Virus record (IMG/VR): IMGVR_UViG_3300045256_000050
Location: 62,001-126,000 of that record
Reading direction: 5' to 3' (one strand)
DNA: 64,000 bases
The notes below the pieces were generated by a model. The model was not told the origin of the DNA, did not search any database, and saw only the letters and a list, made by a program, of their open reading frames with translations. The translations under genes were made by a program, and so were the position numbers. Every line of letters starts with the position of its first letter. The first letter of the stretch is position 1. Shown here in pieces: positions 1-9,961 of this stretch.

Positions 1-78
1 CCGAGTGCTGAGTTCAAACAGCTTTTGGATGTTCTCCGACGCTTGGGTCAATATCTGCATTTGTAGGTCTTCACGCAT
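1..78 (-). CDS. Partial hypothetical protein (5' end only; runs off left edge)
   Basis: Manual translation MREDLQMQILTQASENIQKLFELSTR..., AGGGGA SD-like sequence upstream; divergent from the 132 gene. Confidence 0.45.
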   Translation of the reverse strand, partial: MREDLQMQILTQASENIQKLFELSTR

Positions 79-131
79 GGTATTCCCCTAATATGTGGCT
101 TCGCAGCTATATACCATTAACAGGAGCAAAG

Positions 132-641
132 ATGGCAGAAACCAAGCAAGAAGTTAAGGTTGAGGAAGTGGATGAGGACGTGTTCGCCATCCCGACGGCC
201 GAAGTTATGGAAGACATGGGCGAGATCATGCCGACCATGAACGTCAACCCGTCCCTCCCCGCCCCGCAGCAAGAAGAGAAGTGCATCGTAGAAGACGAGA
301 AGATTCTGGGCCTCTACGACGAGATTCTGGTCAACTGTCGAGACGACCGAAAGCAATGTGACGAAATCCTCGTTCAGTTAATCAACATGGTGCTGAACGA
401 CGGTGACGCCTCCAGTGCGACGAAGGAGGCGATGGTCAACGTCCTCAAGGCGAAGACCGACGTGAGTGACAAGATGGCGAAGGTCGCCGATCTGATGACT
501 CGTATTAAGCTCAAGGACAAGGACACGTTCCCACGCTACCTCGCCGCTCACCAGCACAACAACGTGACGATTGAGAGTAACAACACGAAGCGTGACATCC
601 TCAAGGCACTTCAGACCGCAAAGAAAAAGGGTGGCAAATGA
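132..641 (+). CDS. Hypothetical helical protein
   Basis: ORF track 93..641; ATG at 132 follows GGAG SD; stop overlaps next start (ATGA). Confidence 0.75.
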   Translation: MAETKQEVKVEEVDEDVFAIPTAEVMEDMGEIMPTMNVNPSLPAPQQEEKCIVEDEKILGLYDEILVNCRDDRKQCDEILVQLINMVLNDGDASSATKEAMVNVLKAKTDVSDKMAKVADLMTRIKLKDKDTFPRYLAAHQHNNVTIESNNTKRDILKALQTAKKKGGK

Positions 642-1924
642 CAAACAGAATCAATGAGATGTACTGGCTCGCCGAAATGGACATTCCGGCCGCAGGTGGT
701 CAGCCCGACCCCGGTGCCGGTGGTCCGCCCACGTCGATGCCGGGCGGGCCGGGCGACCCGATGGCTCAGAACCCAGGCCAGTTGCCGCCGCAAGGTGGCG
801 GCTCGCCCGTCCCACAGCAAGAGCCGATGGAAGAACCGGACGCCCCGGACATGCCGGACATGGGCGAAGACGTGAACTTCGAGACATGGAAGAAGGAGTA
901 CATGAAGGCGTCCGTCAAGGGCGACCCGAACGTGCTGCTCGACATGATTGGTCAGGTGCGTGACAAGGAACTCGACCCGAACCCCCGTAAGTTCGTGGAA
1001 GACAACCTCCAGGTCTGTTTCCTCCGTCAGCACCAAGACTTCCTCATCCCGTCGAAGAAGCTCCGCACGATGGTCAAGGATCAACTCGACCGGACGGCCC
1101 CTGGTACTTCACTGATTCAATACTTGACACAGGTACTCGACGAGTCCCCGCTGGTCGCACAAATCCTCCTGAAGCTCCCGAACACGGGCGGCGGCAAGGG
1201 TGACTACCACCGGAAGTTCCTGGCGGCGATGCTCGGGGCCGTTCAGGTCGGTAGCGGTGCTGGCAACGAAGACTTGGTTTACAACGAGAAGGATTACAGC
1301 ATCCTGGTCAGCACCCGGTTCAACACCCGCTGGGGTGACGTGAACCTGGGCCGCTGGTCGATGAAGGAAGACGACGCTCAGCGGTACTTGAAGCCCGCCG
1401 AACTGCAACGCCTCGAAGGCGGCAGCCCGGAGGAGCGTGACGTTCTGCGTCGGCGTGTCGTGATGGAATCCATCTCCGAGACGTTCAAGCTGCGGGCGTA
1501 TTTGATTAACGCCGTGTCGGACGACGGCACCATCGGCCACCTGGGACTCGACCTGGGGAACTGCCTGCGTGCCGCCTACACCGACGGCAAGCTCGTGGTG
1601 CGGACGAAGGACAGTGACGCCCGGAGTGCGTTCATTGACGAAGAGGGTCAGGTCGTGCCGATCCCGGACATGAACATCTACTACGTCAAGCAGGCCGAAG
1701 ACATGGACGAGAAGGGCCAGCAGGACACGGAAGAGATCGAGTTCATCGCCTACCGGGACGGGAACCTGTACCTGACCGCCCAGCCGGACGTGTTGAAGGA
1801 AGCCGCCAGCACCTTGCAGGGGTTGGTGTACAAAGAGACGCCGTTCCAGGGCAACCCGACCGATCTGGTTCGGATCAGCCGGTGCGTGCCGTCGGCAGCA
1901 GAAGTCCTCATGAAGCAGTGCTAA
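638..1924 (+). CDS. Hypothetical protein with Gly/Pro/Gln/Met-rich N-terminal low-complexity region
   Basis: 428-aa ORF, translationally coupled, phage-like codon usage. Confidence 0.8.
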   Translation: MTNRINEMYWLAEMDIPAAGGQPDPGAGGPPTSMPGGPGDPMAQNPGQLPPQGGGSPVPQQEPMEEPDAPDMPDMGEDVNFETWKKEYMKASVKGDPNVLLDMIGQVRDKELDPNPRKFVEDNLQVCFLRQHQDFLIPSKKLRTMVKDQLDRTAPGTSLIQYLTQVLDESPLVAQILLKLPNTGGGKGDYHRKFLAAMLGAVQVGSGAGNEDLVYNEKDYSILVSTRFNTRWGDVNLGRWSMKEDDAQRYLKPAELQRLEGGSPEERDVLRRRVVMESISETFKLRAYLINAVSDDGTIGHLGLDLGNCLRAAYTDGKLVVRTKDSDARSAFIDEEGQVVPIPDMNIYYVKQAEDMDEKGQQDTEEIEFIAYRDGNLYLTAQPDVLKEAASTLQGLVYKETPFQGNPTDLVRISRCVPSAAEVLMKQC

Positions 1925-1927
1925 CCT

Positions 1928-2155
1928 ATGGCAAGTAGTGACAGCCGCAAGGCGACGGAAGATTTAGTGAAGGGCTTTAAGGATGTGTTCTCTCGGTACA
2001 CGAAGGGGACACGTCAGACGGCGTTTGACCGAATCTTCAGTGCAAAGGGGAAGGAAGAGATACATAGATTGGTAGACAACCCGTCCCGTTCGGTCGGGTT
2101 GTTCCGTAGCTTGATTACGTTCAAGGAGTGGTATGCTGCACAAGAGCTTCGGTGA
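1928..2155 (+). CDS. Small hypothetical protein
   Basis: 75-aa ORF filling the gap between neighbours; ends ITFKEWYAAQELR. Confidence 0.5.
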   Translation: MASSDSRKATEDLVKGFKDVFSRYTKGTRQTAFDRIFSAKGKEEIHRLVDNPSRSVGLFRSLITFKEWYAAQELR

Positions 2156-2642
2156 TTTCGTAGATAAGAAAAAGCGTGACGCCATGAAGCAACTGAAGCT
2201 CGTCGAGAAGTTGTTGCAGAAGGGCGGGTTCAAGGTTGAAGGGTTCTTGGCAGAGGACGCCGAGACGGAACCGTACATTTTTTGCTACAATCCACGTCGG
2301 CACGCCAGTTTCGACGGCGTGCGGATATATAAGATTGGCAACTCACTCGCCTTCCGCATCCAGCAGGAGGCAGAAACTCACCCCTACGGCAAGGCTTACC
2401 CGCTCAACATCGAAGAGATGTTTCAGGACTTTCTTTCGGACGACGGTGTAACCCAGCGGCAGGCAGCCGAGAAGTGCATCGAGGCCGTCAGCAAGGAACT
2501 CCGAATGTTCTTCGAGAAGAGTGAGGCGGCAGAGCGGGACGCCTACAAAGCCCAAGTGTTCGACCGGGACAACGGCGATGGCGACATCGGCATCAAGTCA
2601 ACTGGTACGGATTACTCGGCCATGATCTATAATAAGTCATGA
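2133..2642 (+). CDS. Hypothetical protein (start 2133 or 2184)
   Basis: 169-aa ORF, N-terminus MLHKSFGDFV. Confidence 0.75.
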   Translation: MLHKSFGDFVDKKKRDAMKQLKLVEKLLQKGGFKVEGFLAEDAETEPYIFCYNPRRHASFDGVRIYKIGNSLAFRIQQEAETHPYGKAYPLNIEEMFQDFLSDDGVTQRQAAEKCIEAVSKELRMFFEKSEAAERDAYKAQVFDRDNGDGDIGIKSTGTDYSAMIYNKS

Positions 2643-2884
2643 GAAACACCTGGGTATTGAAGCACCAGTTCCCCGTGGGAACGACGGTCGAAGTAGTTGG
2701 TGAAAGATTGTCCTTGTTCGGTTACGTCGGGGTGGTGGTGGATCACCACCGCTCAGGCTACATCGAAGTTCGTTTTGCAACGAGCGACATCGACGAGTTG
2801 TTTGCGGGCGACGAATGTATGCGTCCGCCGAACGACGACTTCATTTTCACGACTAATCAATTGAAGGTCTTAGTCAAATGGTGA
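2639..2884 (+). CDS. Small hypothetical protein
   Basis: 81-aa ORF with ATGA overlap. Confidence 0.6.
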   Translation: MRNTWVLKHQFPVGTTVEVVGERLSLFGYVGVVVDHHRSGYIEVRFATSDIDELFAGDECMRPPNDDFIFTTNQLKVLVKW

Positions 2885-2887
2885 GAT

Positions 2888-3562
2888 ATGGCCGGGCTAT
2901 TTCAGGACTGGAACCCGTTCGAGCGGGTTGCCAGTAATCAGTTCGGCTTCCAGGCCAATACCCTCGGGCGGGGCAGTTTGATTGCGTTCCAATACCCGAT
3001 CAGCCACGCCAGACGCCCGAACACCATCCACGACCCCTACCCGCTGCTCATCGTCACCGACATCTGGCCGCAGTACGTCCGGGGAGTGAACTTACACTAC
3101 CTGACGTTTCCCTACATAAAACGTGTTCTGACTTCCAATTGTAACAACAGAACATTCTCTTATTACAACGTCCGGCCGGATAAATACTTGGCGAGTGCAT
3201 TTCGCATGTACTACCGGACCGGCATGAGTCGGATTCGGGTGATGGATTGCCAGTTCCTTGTTCAACTACTGAACGGAATCCGGTCCTGGTCCGAGTCGGA
3301 GATCGAAAGGGTCCGGCTGGAAATCCGCCAGCAGATTCGCCAGCGGCTACAGGCTAAGGCGGACGAACTGGCGAACCTCAACAAGAGCCAGTACGAGCAG
3401 ATGCGGAGGAAGGCCGCAGACATTCAGCAGGCCGTGCAGTCCGGTGCGTTGGACAACCTAACCACCCTGCCGTCAGCAAGGAACCCGGCGAACTTCAACA
3501 CAGACGCAGGCCCGTTCGAGACGGGCGACATGACCCCGAATTTACCCGAAGGTACTGAGTGA
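2888..3562 (+). CDS. gp2: DNA end protector protein, T4 gp2-like
   Basis: HDPYPLLIV...RGVNLHYL matches the gp2-family YD.FPL...GLNLHYL motif; next to tail genes. Confidence 0.7.
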   Translation: MAGLFQDWNPFERVASNQFGFQANTLGRGSLIAFQYPISHARRPNTIHDPYPLLIVTDIWPQYVRGVNLHYLTFPYIKRVLTSNCNNRTFSYYNVRPDKYLASAFRMYYRTGMSRIRVMDCQFLVQLLNGIRSWSESEIERVRLEIRQQIRQRLQAKADELANLNKSQYEQMRRKAADIQQAVQSGALDNLTTLPSARNPANFNTDAGPFETGDMTPNLPEGTE

Positions 3563-6500
3563 TCTCCGATAGCATCAGAAGTTACGTTGACGTGATGAAC
3601 GGCGAGGAGTTGGCGAAAGCCCTCATGGCCGAAGTACGTCGTGACGCAGAGATTCGTGTTACCGACGACGACACTCACACCAAGCTCGACGACATCAAGC
3701 GTATTCTGGAAAATTGGGACAAGAACCTCACCAAAGAACTTAAGGAACTGTCCGATACGGTCGAACGCAACTTGAAGGAGTTGGCGAACCGTGTGCCGGG
3801 TGCTTCTACGTCTGCCGCCAAGACCAAGCCGCTCAATATGGGCAACCTCGCTGTGGTCATGGGCCGGACCTACAACGCCATCAACAACCTGAACAAGACA
3901 CTCCTCGGCGGCATCAACATTAACATGTCGAAGGCCGTCGAACGTGCCCTCGCCGGGGGTGGCGGCGGTGGAGGGGGCGGCGGTGCCGGTCCTACTGGTG
4001 GTGGAGGAGGGGGCGGTGGCGGGGGTTCCTTGCCTGCTGCTCTCGGTGACGCCGGGGACGCAGAAGCGAAGCGGATGACGAAGATCACGGGCGTGTTGGT
4101 GGCGACGAACATGGTCGTCAACAAGGCTCTCGGGATGCTCTCCAGTGGCCTCCAGAAGATCGGCCTCGACTGGCAAAACACGTTCAAAGGCATCGGGGAC
4201 GGGGTAAAGTTCACTCAAGACATGCGTATGTTCGCCTACGAAACGCAGGGTGCGGGCGTGGCGATGACGAACATGGAGCGTGAGTACATCAACCTCGCCA
4301 ACGTGGCAAGAGAAACGGGCCAGGAGTGGGGCAAGGCCGCAACCCTGTACCGGAAGGAAATGCAGCGTGGCTTGACCACGGAAGTCGTGGCCGGACGGGT
4401 GCATCAACGGACCGCCCAAGATGCGATGAGATTGACTAAGAACAGCTTGCGTACCGCCAACATGATCGGTGCGTCCGCCGAAGGTACGGCCGAGTTGTTC
4501 AGCGAGTGGAACCGGCACCTGGGGTTGACCAACGAGCAGTTGAGCTTCGTGGGTCGTGAAATGGAACAGGTTGCCCGGAACAGCGGCGTGACCGGCGACG
4601 AACTGTTGCAGGCCACGAAGGCTGCGTCCGTTCTCGTTAAGGAAGTCCGAAACTTCGCCGGTATCAGCCAGCAGGCTATGGCCCAGATCATTCAGACCCA
4701 GACTTCGTTGCAGAAGTTCGGTGCTGAAGACATCGGGGCACGGTTCAACCAAGCTATGTCCCAGGGTGTTCGTACTCTCGCACAGGCCGAGCCAGCCATC
4801 GCAAGCATCATCGCCGAGTCGGCACAGCGGGCGGGTCAGAGCATGACCGGCTCGATGTTGACGGGCGGACAGCAGCAGCGGCGGATGCAGCAAGAGATCA
4901 TGCGGACCCTGCGAGGGCGTTTGGCTTCCATCGGTCTTGGCGGCGTAGACCCATCTCAGTTGCTTGACCGACTCCAGCAGATGCGTGACGCCGGTCAGGA
5001 CACGGGCGTTCTTGAACAACAGATTCGGAACGTCACGGGTATGGGTGCCGGTGAACTTCAGAACTTGTACAAGGCGTACCAAGAATCCTCCATGTCGTTC
5101 GGCGACCGGATGAGAGGGTTCGAGGAACGCATCAACCGGGCCACAACCCCAGAAGGTCGTCAGCTTGCCGAGCGGCAGCGTGACACGTTCGTTCAGACCG
5201 ACCGTCGGCAGCAGGCGTCTCAGTTGACCGACCTGCTCAGCAGTCGTGGCAACTTGGGGCAGGCGTTGGAACAGTTCAACCAGCGGATGCGGCGGGAAGG
5301 CCGTGCCGACGCACAGCTACAAGGCCCGGAAGCGGCAGCGAGACTTATTCAACAAAGCGTCGGCGACCTTGCCAACAGAAGCCGGGCGTCCGGTGTCGAT
5401 TTCAACGCCGCACTACGCCGACGTGGTTTGACGCAGGAAGGGTTGCAGCGTGGGTTGCTTGACCCGGCGTCGGCCCGTGAATTCGGTGCGATCTTGCAGG
5501 AGGTTGAGAACGAGGTAATGACCCAGGAACGGGCCAACCAAGACCCGGTGGCGAAGGCCAACCTGGAGTTGAAGAAGGTTAACGAAATGTTGACCCAGGC
5601 CGTGACACGGCTTTATACGGCGTTTGCATCCTTCGAACTCATCATGGGTGCGGCTGTTGCACTGATGGCGGCTAAGGCGGGCATGGGCCTGTTGAGCCTG
5701 CCGACGGGTCTGCTCGGCCGTGGCGGAAGAATGCTTGGCGGTTTGGGTCGTGGTGCCGGTCGCATGTTGGGTATCGGCGGACGTGCAGGTGCCACCGTTG
5801 CTGCCGAAGCCGGGACTGCCGCAGCCGGTCAAGTTGCCGGGCGTGCCGCTGGTGCAGCCGCAGGTCGGGCCGGTGGTGCTGTTGCTGGACGTGCTGCCGG
5901 TGCAGCCGCTCCGGGTCTACTCGGACGGGCTGGTGCGGGCCTCGCAGGTATGGCGGGTCGTGCCGGTGCCGGTCTTATGGGTGCAGGCCGGGCAGTCGGC
6001 GGCGTTGCAATGCGTGCCGGTGGTGCTGTCGCTCGTGTTGCTGGCGGCGTCGGTAGCCGTGTGCTGGGTGCGATGGGTGTTAAGGCACTCGCCGGGGCCG
6101 GTGCTAAGGTCGCAGGTCTTGCTCTTGGTGCAAGCAACCCGATTGGCTGGGTCGTTACCCTCGCTACGGCGTTGGGCGGCGGCTTCGTCAACGCTATGGA
6201 AGCGGCAAGCAAAGCTACCGAAATCTTCAACGTTCGGCAGGAAGAACTCACCTACACGCAGAAGGCGGCTGCCAAGTCGGCTGGCTTCTTGACGGGTATT
6301 CTGGACTTCATCACGTTCGGTATCTTCTCCGAGTACATCGGGCCGACGGGCACATGGACCGTGGCCCTCGCCAAGTTCTTCGACAAGTTCTGGCCGCTCG
6401 CCCTGCTGGGTGACATGTTGCTCAAGCCGTTCGAAGTGTTGTGGGCGGTCATCAAGGGTATCGGTCTGGGCATTTGGGAATACTGGAAGGGTCTGTGGGA

Positions 6501-9084
6501 CGGCTTCAACGCTGTCTGGGAGCCGATCAACGAAGCCTTCCAGATGTTCAAGACGGAAGTCCTCGTGCCGATCAGCGGGGCGTTCGACGAAGTGTTCGGT
6601 GCCGGTGCTTCGACCTTCGACATTATGCAAGGTATTTCCGACGCCCTCAAGTGGGTCGGCAAACAGTTCGGTGACTTCGCACGCTGGATCGGTAAGGGTC
6701 TGGGGGATGCGATCCGCTTCCTGATGCCGTTCATCAAGACAACGGCTCAGTGGATCGCAGGCTTCCTCGTGCCTGCATTGAAGGGCGTGTTTGTCTTCTT
6801 CAAGGGGCTGTGGCAGGTGTTGTCGGGTATCTTCACCCTGGACGGCAGCAAGATTTGGGAGGGATTGACAAACATCTTCAAGAACTCTGGCGAGTTGTTC
6901 GGCAAGGCCATCAAGGCGTTCTTCAGCTTGTTCATTCAGGGCATACCGCTCGTGGTGAACTGGATCGTGAACGGCTTGAAGCAGGCGTTCAACTGGCTGA
7001 TCTTCGAGTTGCCTAAGTATCTCGCACAGGGCTTCATGTGGCTTGTGACGGGTATCGGGGAGTTGTTGGTGCAGGGCTTCAACTGGCTCGTTACCGACCT
7101 GCCCAATTTGGTATCTGGAGCATTCCAGTGGGCTATTGACCAAGTGCCTCAAGCAATTTGGGACGCACTCGGGGCGGGCTTCAACTGGATCACTACGGAC
7201 CTGCCGAGAATCTTGCAGGAGACGTTCCAGAAGGTCATGGACTTCATCCTCAGCCTCATTCCGGGCGGACAGCGAGTTGCGGAAGCGGCGGGCGGCGTAA
7301 GCGACATCATGAACGGAGACGTTCTCACGGGCGGGCGGAAGATTCTGAGTGCCGGAGCCGGGCTGGCAGCCGACGCTGCGAACACCGTCACGAACAACGC
7401 TGTCACTCGTGCCCTGGGCATCGACTTTGAGTTGTTCGACATCGGGTCGATGGGCATTCTGCAAGACGGTTTGGCGTTCCTGCACCGTGGCGAAATGGTC
7501 GTCCCGGAAGAGGACGCACAGGCATTGCAAGGCAAGGCCACGAGCCGTGGTGCCTTCAACGGCGGTCGGGTGTTCGGCGGCTTCGCTCGCAGCCTCGGCT
7601 TAGGTTTGTTCGGTAACGAACAGGGCGGCGAGGCCATGACGAGTGGCCTGGACTCGTTCATTACAACGCTAACTGCTCCGGTTTCGTCCATCGTGGACGG
7701 CATCGGCAGCATGTTCGGGTTCGGCGGCGGACGCCGTGAAGAACAACCGGCACAGGGCGGCGGTGGCACTGGCGGTGCTACCGGCGGCTCGTGGTGGGAT
7801 CGCATGTTGAACATGGTCGGCGTGAGAACGCCGCAGCCTGCCGCTGCCGTACAGCCGGAGCCACGTCGTAAGACCGTCGAAGAATTCCTCGGCGAGATCG
7901 CCTCGAACGGGGCGGAAACGAACCGTCTGTTGCAACAGCAGGCCAGCGTCGTGAACAGCGGCTTGTTCGACAACACGCAGGTGTCGGAGGCGATCTACGA
8001 GACGAGCGAGCAGGCCAACAAGGAGTTCTCGAACATGTTCGGGGAAGTCAACAGTGACGCCCTCGAATCGGTCATCATTGAAGCACAAGAAGTCCTCCTC
8101 GGCGACTTCGAGTTCCCGGAGATGGAATTCGAGATGCCCGAACCGCCGGGAGTCGTGGACGGTATCTTGGCGAGCGTGCAGGACATGGGTCTGTTCGCCC
8201 GTAACACCGTGACGGAAGCCCTGGACACGGTGAACAGCGAGACGATCCAACAGGGGTCGTTGTGGGAAAACGCCGTCAGCATGTTCGACCGGATGTGGAA
8301 CAGTTCTGAAACCGACCCGTCCCGTAACAACGGCAACCAGCCGACGTTCTGGGACCGGGCGACTCAGGTCTGGGACCAACTGACCGGCCGTACCGAGCGG
8401 GCAGCCTCGAACCCGGTGGAAACCGGCTTGTTCGCTGCGTCGAACGTGCGGGAGTCGTTCTTCGAGTCGATGCGAAACGGGATCAGCAACAGCCCGATTG
8501 GGGCGTTGGCTGACATGTTCGGCTTCGGCCCGACCGGCGGCACGGGCACCAACGCCACCACTAACAACAACAGCACGGCGTCGGCCGGTAGCGGGTTGTA
8601 TTACAACAATCAGAGCGAGTACCAGGAAGCGACTACGCAGGGCAACGCTTCTAGCGGCACGACGAATAACTACATTAACCAGTCACGCCGGGTGCGTGGT
8701 CTGCCGGTCCGGGGACGTGTTTCCTCGAACCTGCTGGCTTCCTCCGGGGACGTTGAGGAATACATCCTCCAGCGTCAGTTGCTCGACCAGCCGAGCGGCG
8801 GTAGCGGCGGCGGGATGGCTCTGCCGATCCTCGAACGGATTGCCGAAGCCGTTGAGAGCGGTCGCCTAGACGAGATCATCAACCTGCTCACGGCCATCCG
8901 TGACAAGGACACGAATGTTCTGGTTGCTGCCGGTGGCAGCAGTCCTGGCGGCGGTGCCCCGAGCGTCGAGAACTCCGGCCTGCGTGACGGCTACAACAAG
9001 TCGTGGCTGAACGGCGACTGGACGCACTTGGCCGACATGTCCTACAGCGACAACGCTAACATCCTCGGCACGTCCCGTGGTTAA
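3559..9084 (+). CDS. Tail tape measure protein
   Basis: 1841 aa, helical Ala/Gly/Gln-rich, amphipathic F.W repeats, FDIG...DGLAFLHRGEMVVP motif, directly upstream of baseplate genes; GTG start. Confidence 0.85.
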   Translation: MISDSIRSYVDVMNGEELAKALMAEVRRDAEIRVTDDDTHTKLDDIKRILENWDKNLTKELKELSDTVERNLKELANRVPGASTSAAKTKPLNMGNLAVVMGRTYNAINNLNKTLLGGININMSKAVERALAGGGGGGGGGGAGPTGGGGGGGGGGSLPAALGDAGDAEAKRMTKITGVLVATNMVVNKALGMLSSGLQKIGLDWQNTFKGIGDGVKFTQDMRMFAYETQGAGVAMTNMEREYINLANVARETGQEWGKAATLYRKEMQRGLTTEVVAGRVHQRTAQDAMRLTKNSLRTANMIGASAEGTAELFSEWNRHLGLTNEQLSFVGREMEQVARNSGVTGDELLQATKAASVLVKEVRNFAGISQQAMAQIIQTQTSLQKFGAEDIGARFNQAMSQGVRTLAQAEPAIASIIAESAQRAGQSMTGSMLTGGQQQRRMQQEIMRTLRGRLASIGLGGVDPSQLLDRLQQMRDAGQDTGVLEQQIRNVTGMGAGELQNLYKAYQESSMSFGDRMRGFEERINRATTPEGRQLAERQRDTFVQTDRRQQASQLTDLLSSRGNLGQALEQFNQRMRREGRADAQLQGPEAAARLIQQSVGDLANRSRASGVDFNAALRRRGLTQEGLQRGLLDPASAREFGAILQEVENEVMTQERANQDPVAKANLELKKVNEMLTQAVTRLYTAFASFELIMGAAVALMAAKAGMGLLSLPTGLLGRGGRMLGGLGRGAGRMLGIGGRAGATVAAEAGTAAAGQVAGRAAGAAAGRAGGAVAGRAAGAAAPGLLGRAGAGLAGMAGRAGAGLMGAGRAVGGVAMRAGGAVARVAGGVGSRVLGAMGVKALAGAGAKVAGLALGASNPIGWVVTLATALGGGFVNAMEAASKATEIFNVRQEELTYTQKAAAKSAGFLTGILDFITFGIFSEYIGPTGTWTVALAKFFDKFWPLALLGDMLLKPFEVLWAVIKGIGLGIWEYWKGLWDGFNAVWEPINEAFQMFKTEVLVPISGAFDEVFGAGASTFDIMQGISDALKWVGKQFGDFARWIGKGLGDAIRFLMPFIKTTAQWIAGFLVPALKGVFVFFKGLWQVLSGIFTLDGSKIWEGLTNIFKNSGELFGKAIKAFFSLFIQGIPLVVNWIVNGLKQAFNWLIFELPKYLAQGFMWLVTGIGELLVQGFNWLVTDLPNLVSGAFQWAIDQVPQAIWDALGAGFNWITTDLPRILQETFQKVMDFILSLIPGGQRVAEAAGGVSDIMNGDVLTGGRKILSAGAGLAADAANTVTNNAVTRALGIDFELFDIGSMGILQDGLAFLHRGEMVVPEEDAQALQGKATSRGAFNGGRVFGGFARSLGLGLFGNEQGGEAMTSGLDSFITTLTAPVSSIVDGIGSMFGFGGGRREEQPAQGGGGTGGATGGSWWDRMLNMVGVRTPQPAAAVQPEPRRKTVEEFLGEIASNGAETNRLLQQQASVVNSGLFDNTQVSEAIYETSEQANKEFSNMFGEVNSDALESVIIEAQEVLLGDFEFPEMEFEMPEPPGVVDGILASVQDMGLFARNTVTEALDTVNSETIQQGSLWENAVSMFDRMWNSSETDPSRNNGNQPTFWDRATQVWDQLTGRTERAASNPVETGLFAASNVRESFFESMRNGISNSPIGALADMFGFGPTGGTGTNATTNNNSTASAGSGLYYNNQSEYQEATTQGNASSGTTNNYINQSRRVRGLPVRGRVSSNLLASSGDVEEYILQRQLLDQPSGGSGGGMALPILERIAEAVESGRLDEIINLLTAIRDKDTNVLVAAGGSSPGGGAPSVENSGLRDGYNKSWLNGDWTHLADMSYSDNANILGTSRG

Positions 9085-9098
9085 GACTAAGGAGTAAT

Positions 9099-9632
9099 AT
9101 GCCAAAGGCAACAACTCCACTCGGGCAGATGCGGCAACTTGAAAAGTGCTACATCGACATTCCGGGTGCGATCAAGATTACGTTCACCAACCTGCCCGAC
9201 TTGAGTGATTCCAAGTCGGTCGTGTACAACGGCGAGGGCATCATCGGCCGGTCCTCGCCGCTCCACACCTACTCGCACTCCGACACCCGCAGCCTCTCGA
9301 TCCAGTTGCACTTCTTTGTTCTGGAAGAACAGGACATCCAGCGTAACTTCCAGGCGTTGCGGGCCATCCAGAGTGCCGCCTACCCCCGGCCGGGGACGGG
9401 CGGTGCCCCGTTCCTCCCGCCGGTGATCTGTAAAGTCCGGTGCGGCGACCTGTTGGCGACGGAAGACCTGTGCTGCACGTTGCAGCAGTACAGCGTGAAG
9501 TTCCCGACGGACGTGGCCTGGGACGAGGAAACCTACCTGCCTTACAAATTCGACGTTGATACGACTTGGCAGGTTGTATATTCCTCTTCCGAGCTACCTT
9601 ATAACAACCGAATCTTCCAGTCAGGTAGGTAA
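9099..9632 (+). CDS. Baseplate tube-initiator / CIS tube-like protein
   Basis: TRSLSIQLHFF...ALRAIQSAAYP...PPVICKVRCG pattern typical of tube-initiator proteins; lies between tape measure and LysM gene. Confidence 0.65.
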   Translation: MPKATTPLGQMRQLEKCYIDIPGAIKITFTNLPDLSDSKSVVYNGEGIIGRSSPLHTYSHSDTRSLSIQLHFFVLEEQDIQRNFQALRAIQSAAYPRPGTGGAPFLPPVICKVRCGDLLATEDLCCTLQQYSVKFPTDVAWDEETYLPYKFDVDTTWQVVYSSSELPYNNRIFQSGR

Positions 9633-9634
9633 AC

Positions 9635-9955
9635 ATGACAGTCCCCATCCAAGTGACCGACATCCGTGCCGAAACCCTCGTCACGGGGTCGAGTCGGTAT
9701 GCCACACGCAAGGTGATCTACTACGGCGAACAGAAGTTCATCACGTTCGACACCTACATCCGAACCAAGTACGAGCCGGATGGTAAAGAAAAGATCATGG
9801 TCATCAACAAGGGTGTTGAGTTCCGCCCGGACTTGGTTTCTTACGACTTCTACGGGTCCGTTGACTACTGGTGGAAGATCATGGAAGCCAACAACATCAA
9901 AGACATCTACGACTTCAAAGCGGGTCGTACCATCCTCCTTCCCCATTTGTTCTAA
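9635..9955 (+). CDS. gp53: Baseplate wedge protein gp53-like (LysM-type)
   Basis: RPDLVSYDFYGSVDYWWKIMEANNI...GRTILLP. Confidence 0.8.
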   Translation: MTVPIQVTDIRAETLVTGSSRYATRKVIYYGEQKFITFDTYIRTKYEPDGKEKIMVINKGVEFRPDLVSYDFYGSVDYWWKIMEANNIKDIYDFKAGRTILLPHLF

Positions 9956-9961
9956 GAGATT

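Noticed and set aside
132-641. Possible small terminase (gp16-like)
   Set aside because: Only a general helical pattern resembles it; no diagnostic motif, and it is 53 kb from the large terminase.
3424-5082. Long antisense ORFs (also 5917-7530, 11720-13141, 25375-27015, 27201-28784, 38834-40804, 59664-61286 and others)
   Set aside because: They lie exactly opposite well-supported genes. High GC3 bias makes TTA/CTA/TCA rare on the sense strand, which removes antisense stops. No motifs or SDs.
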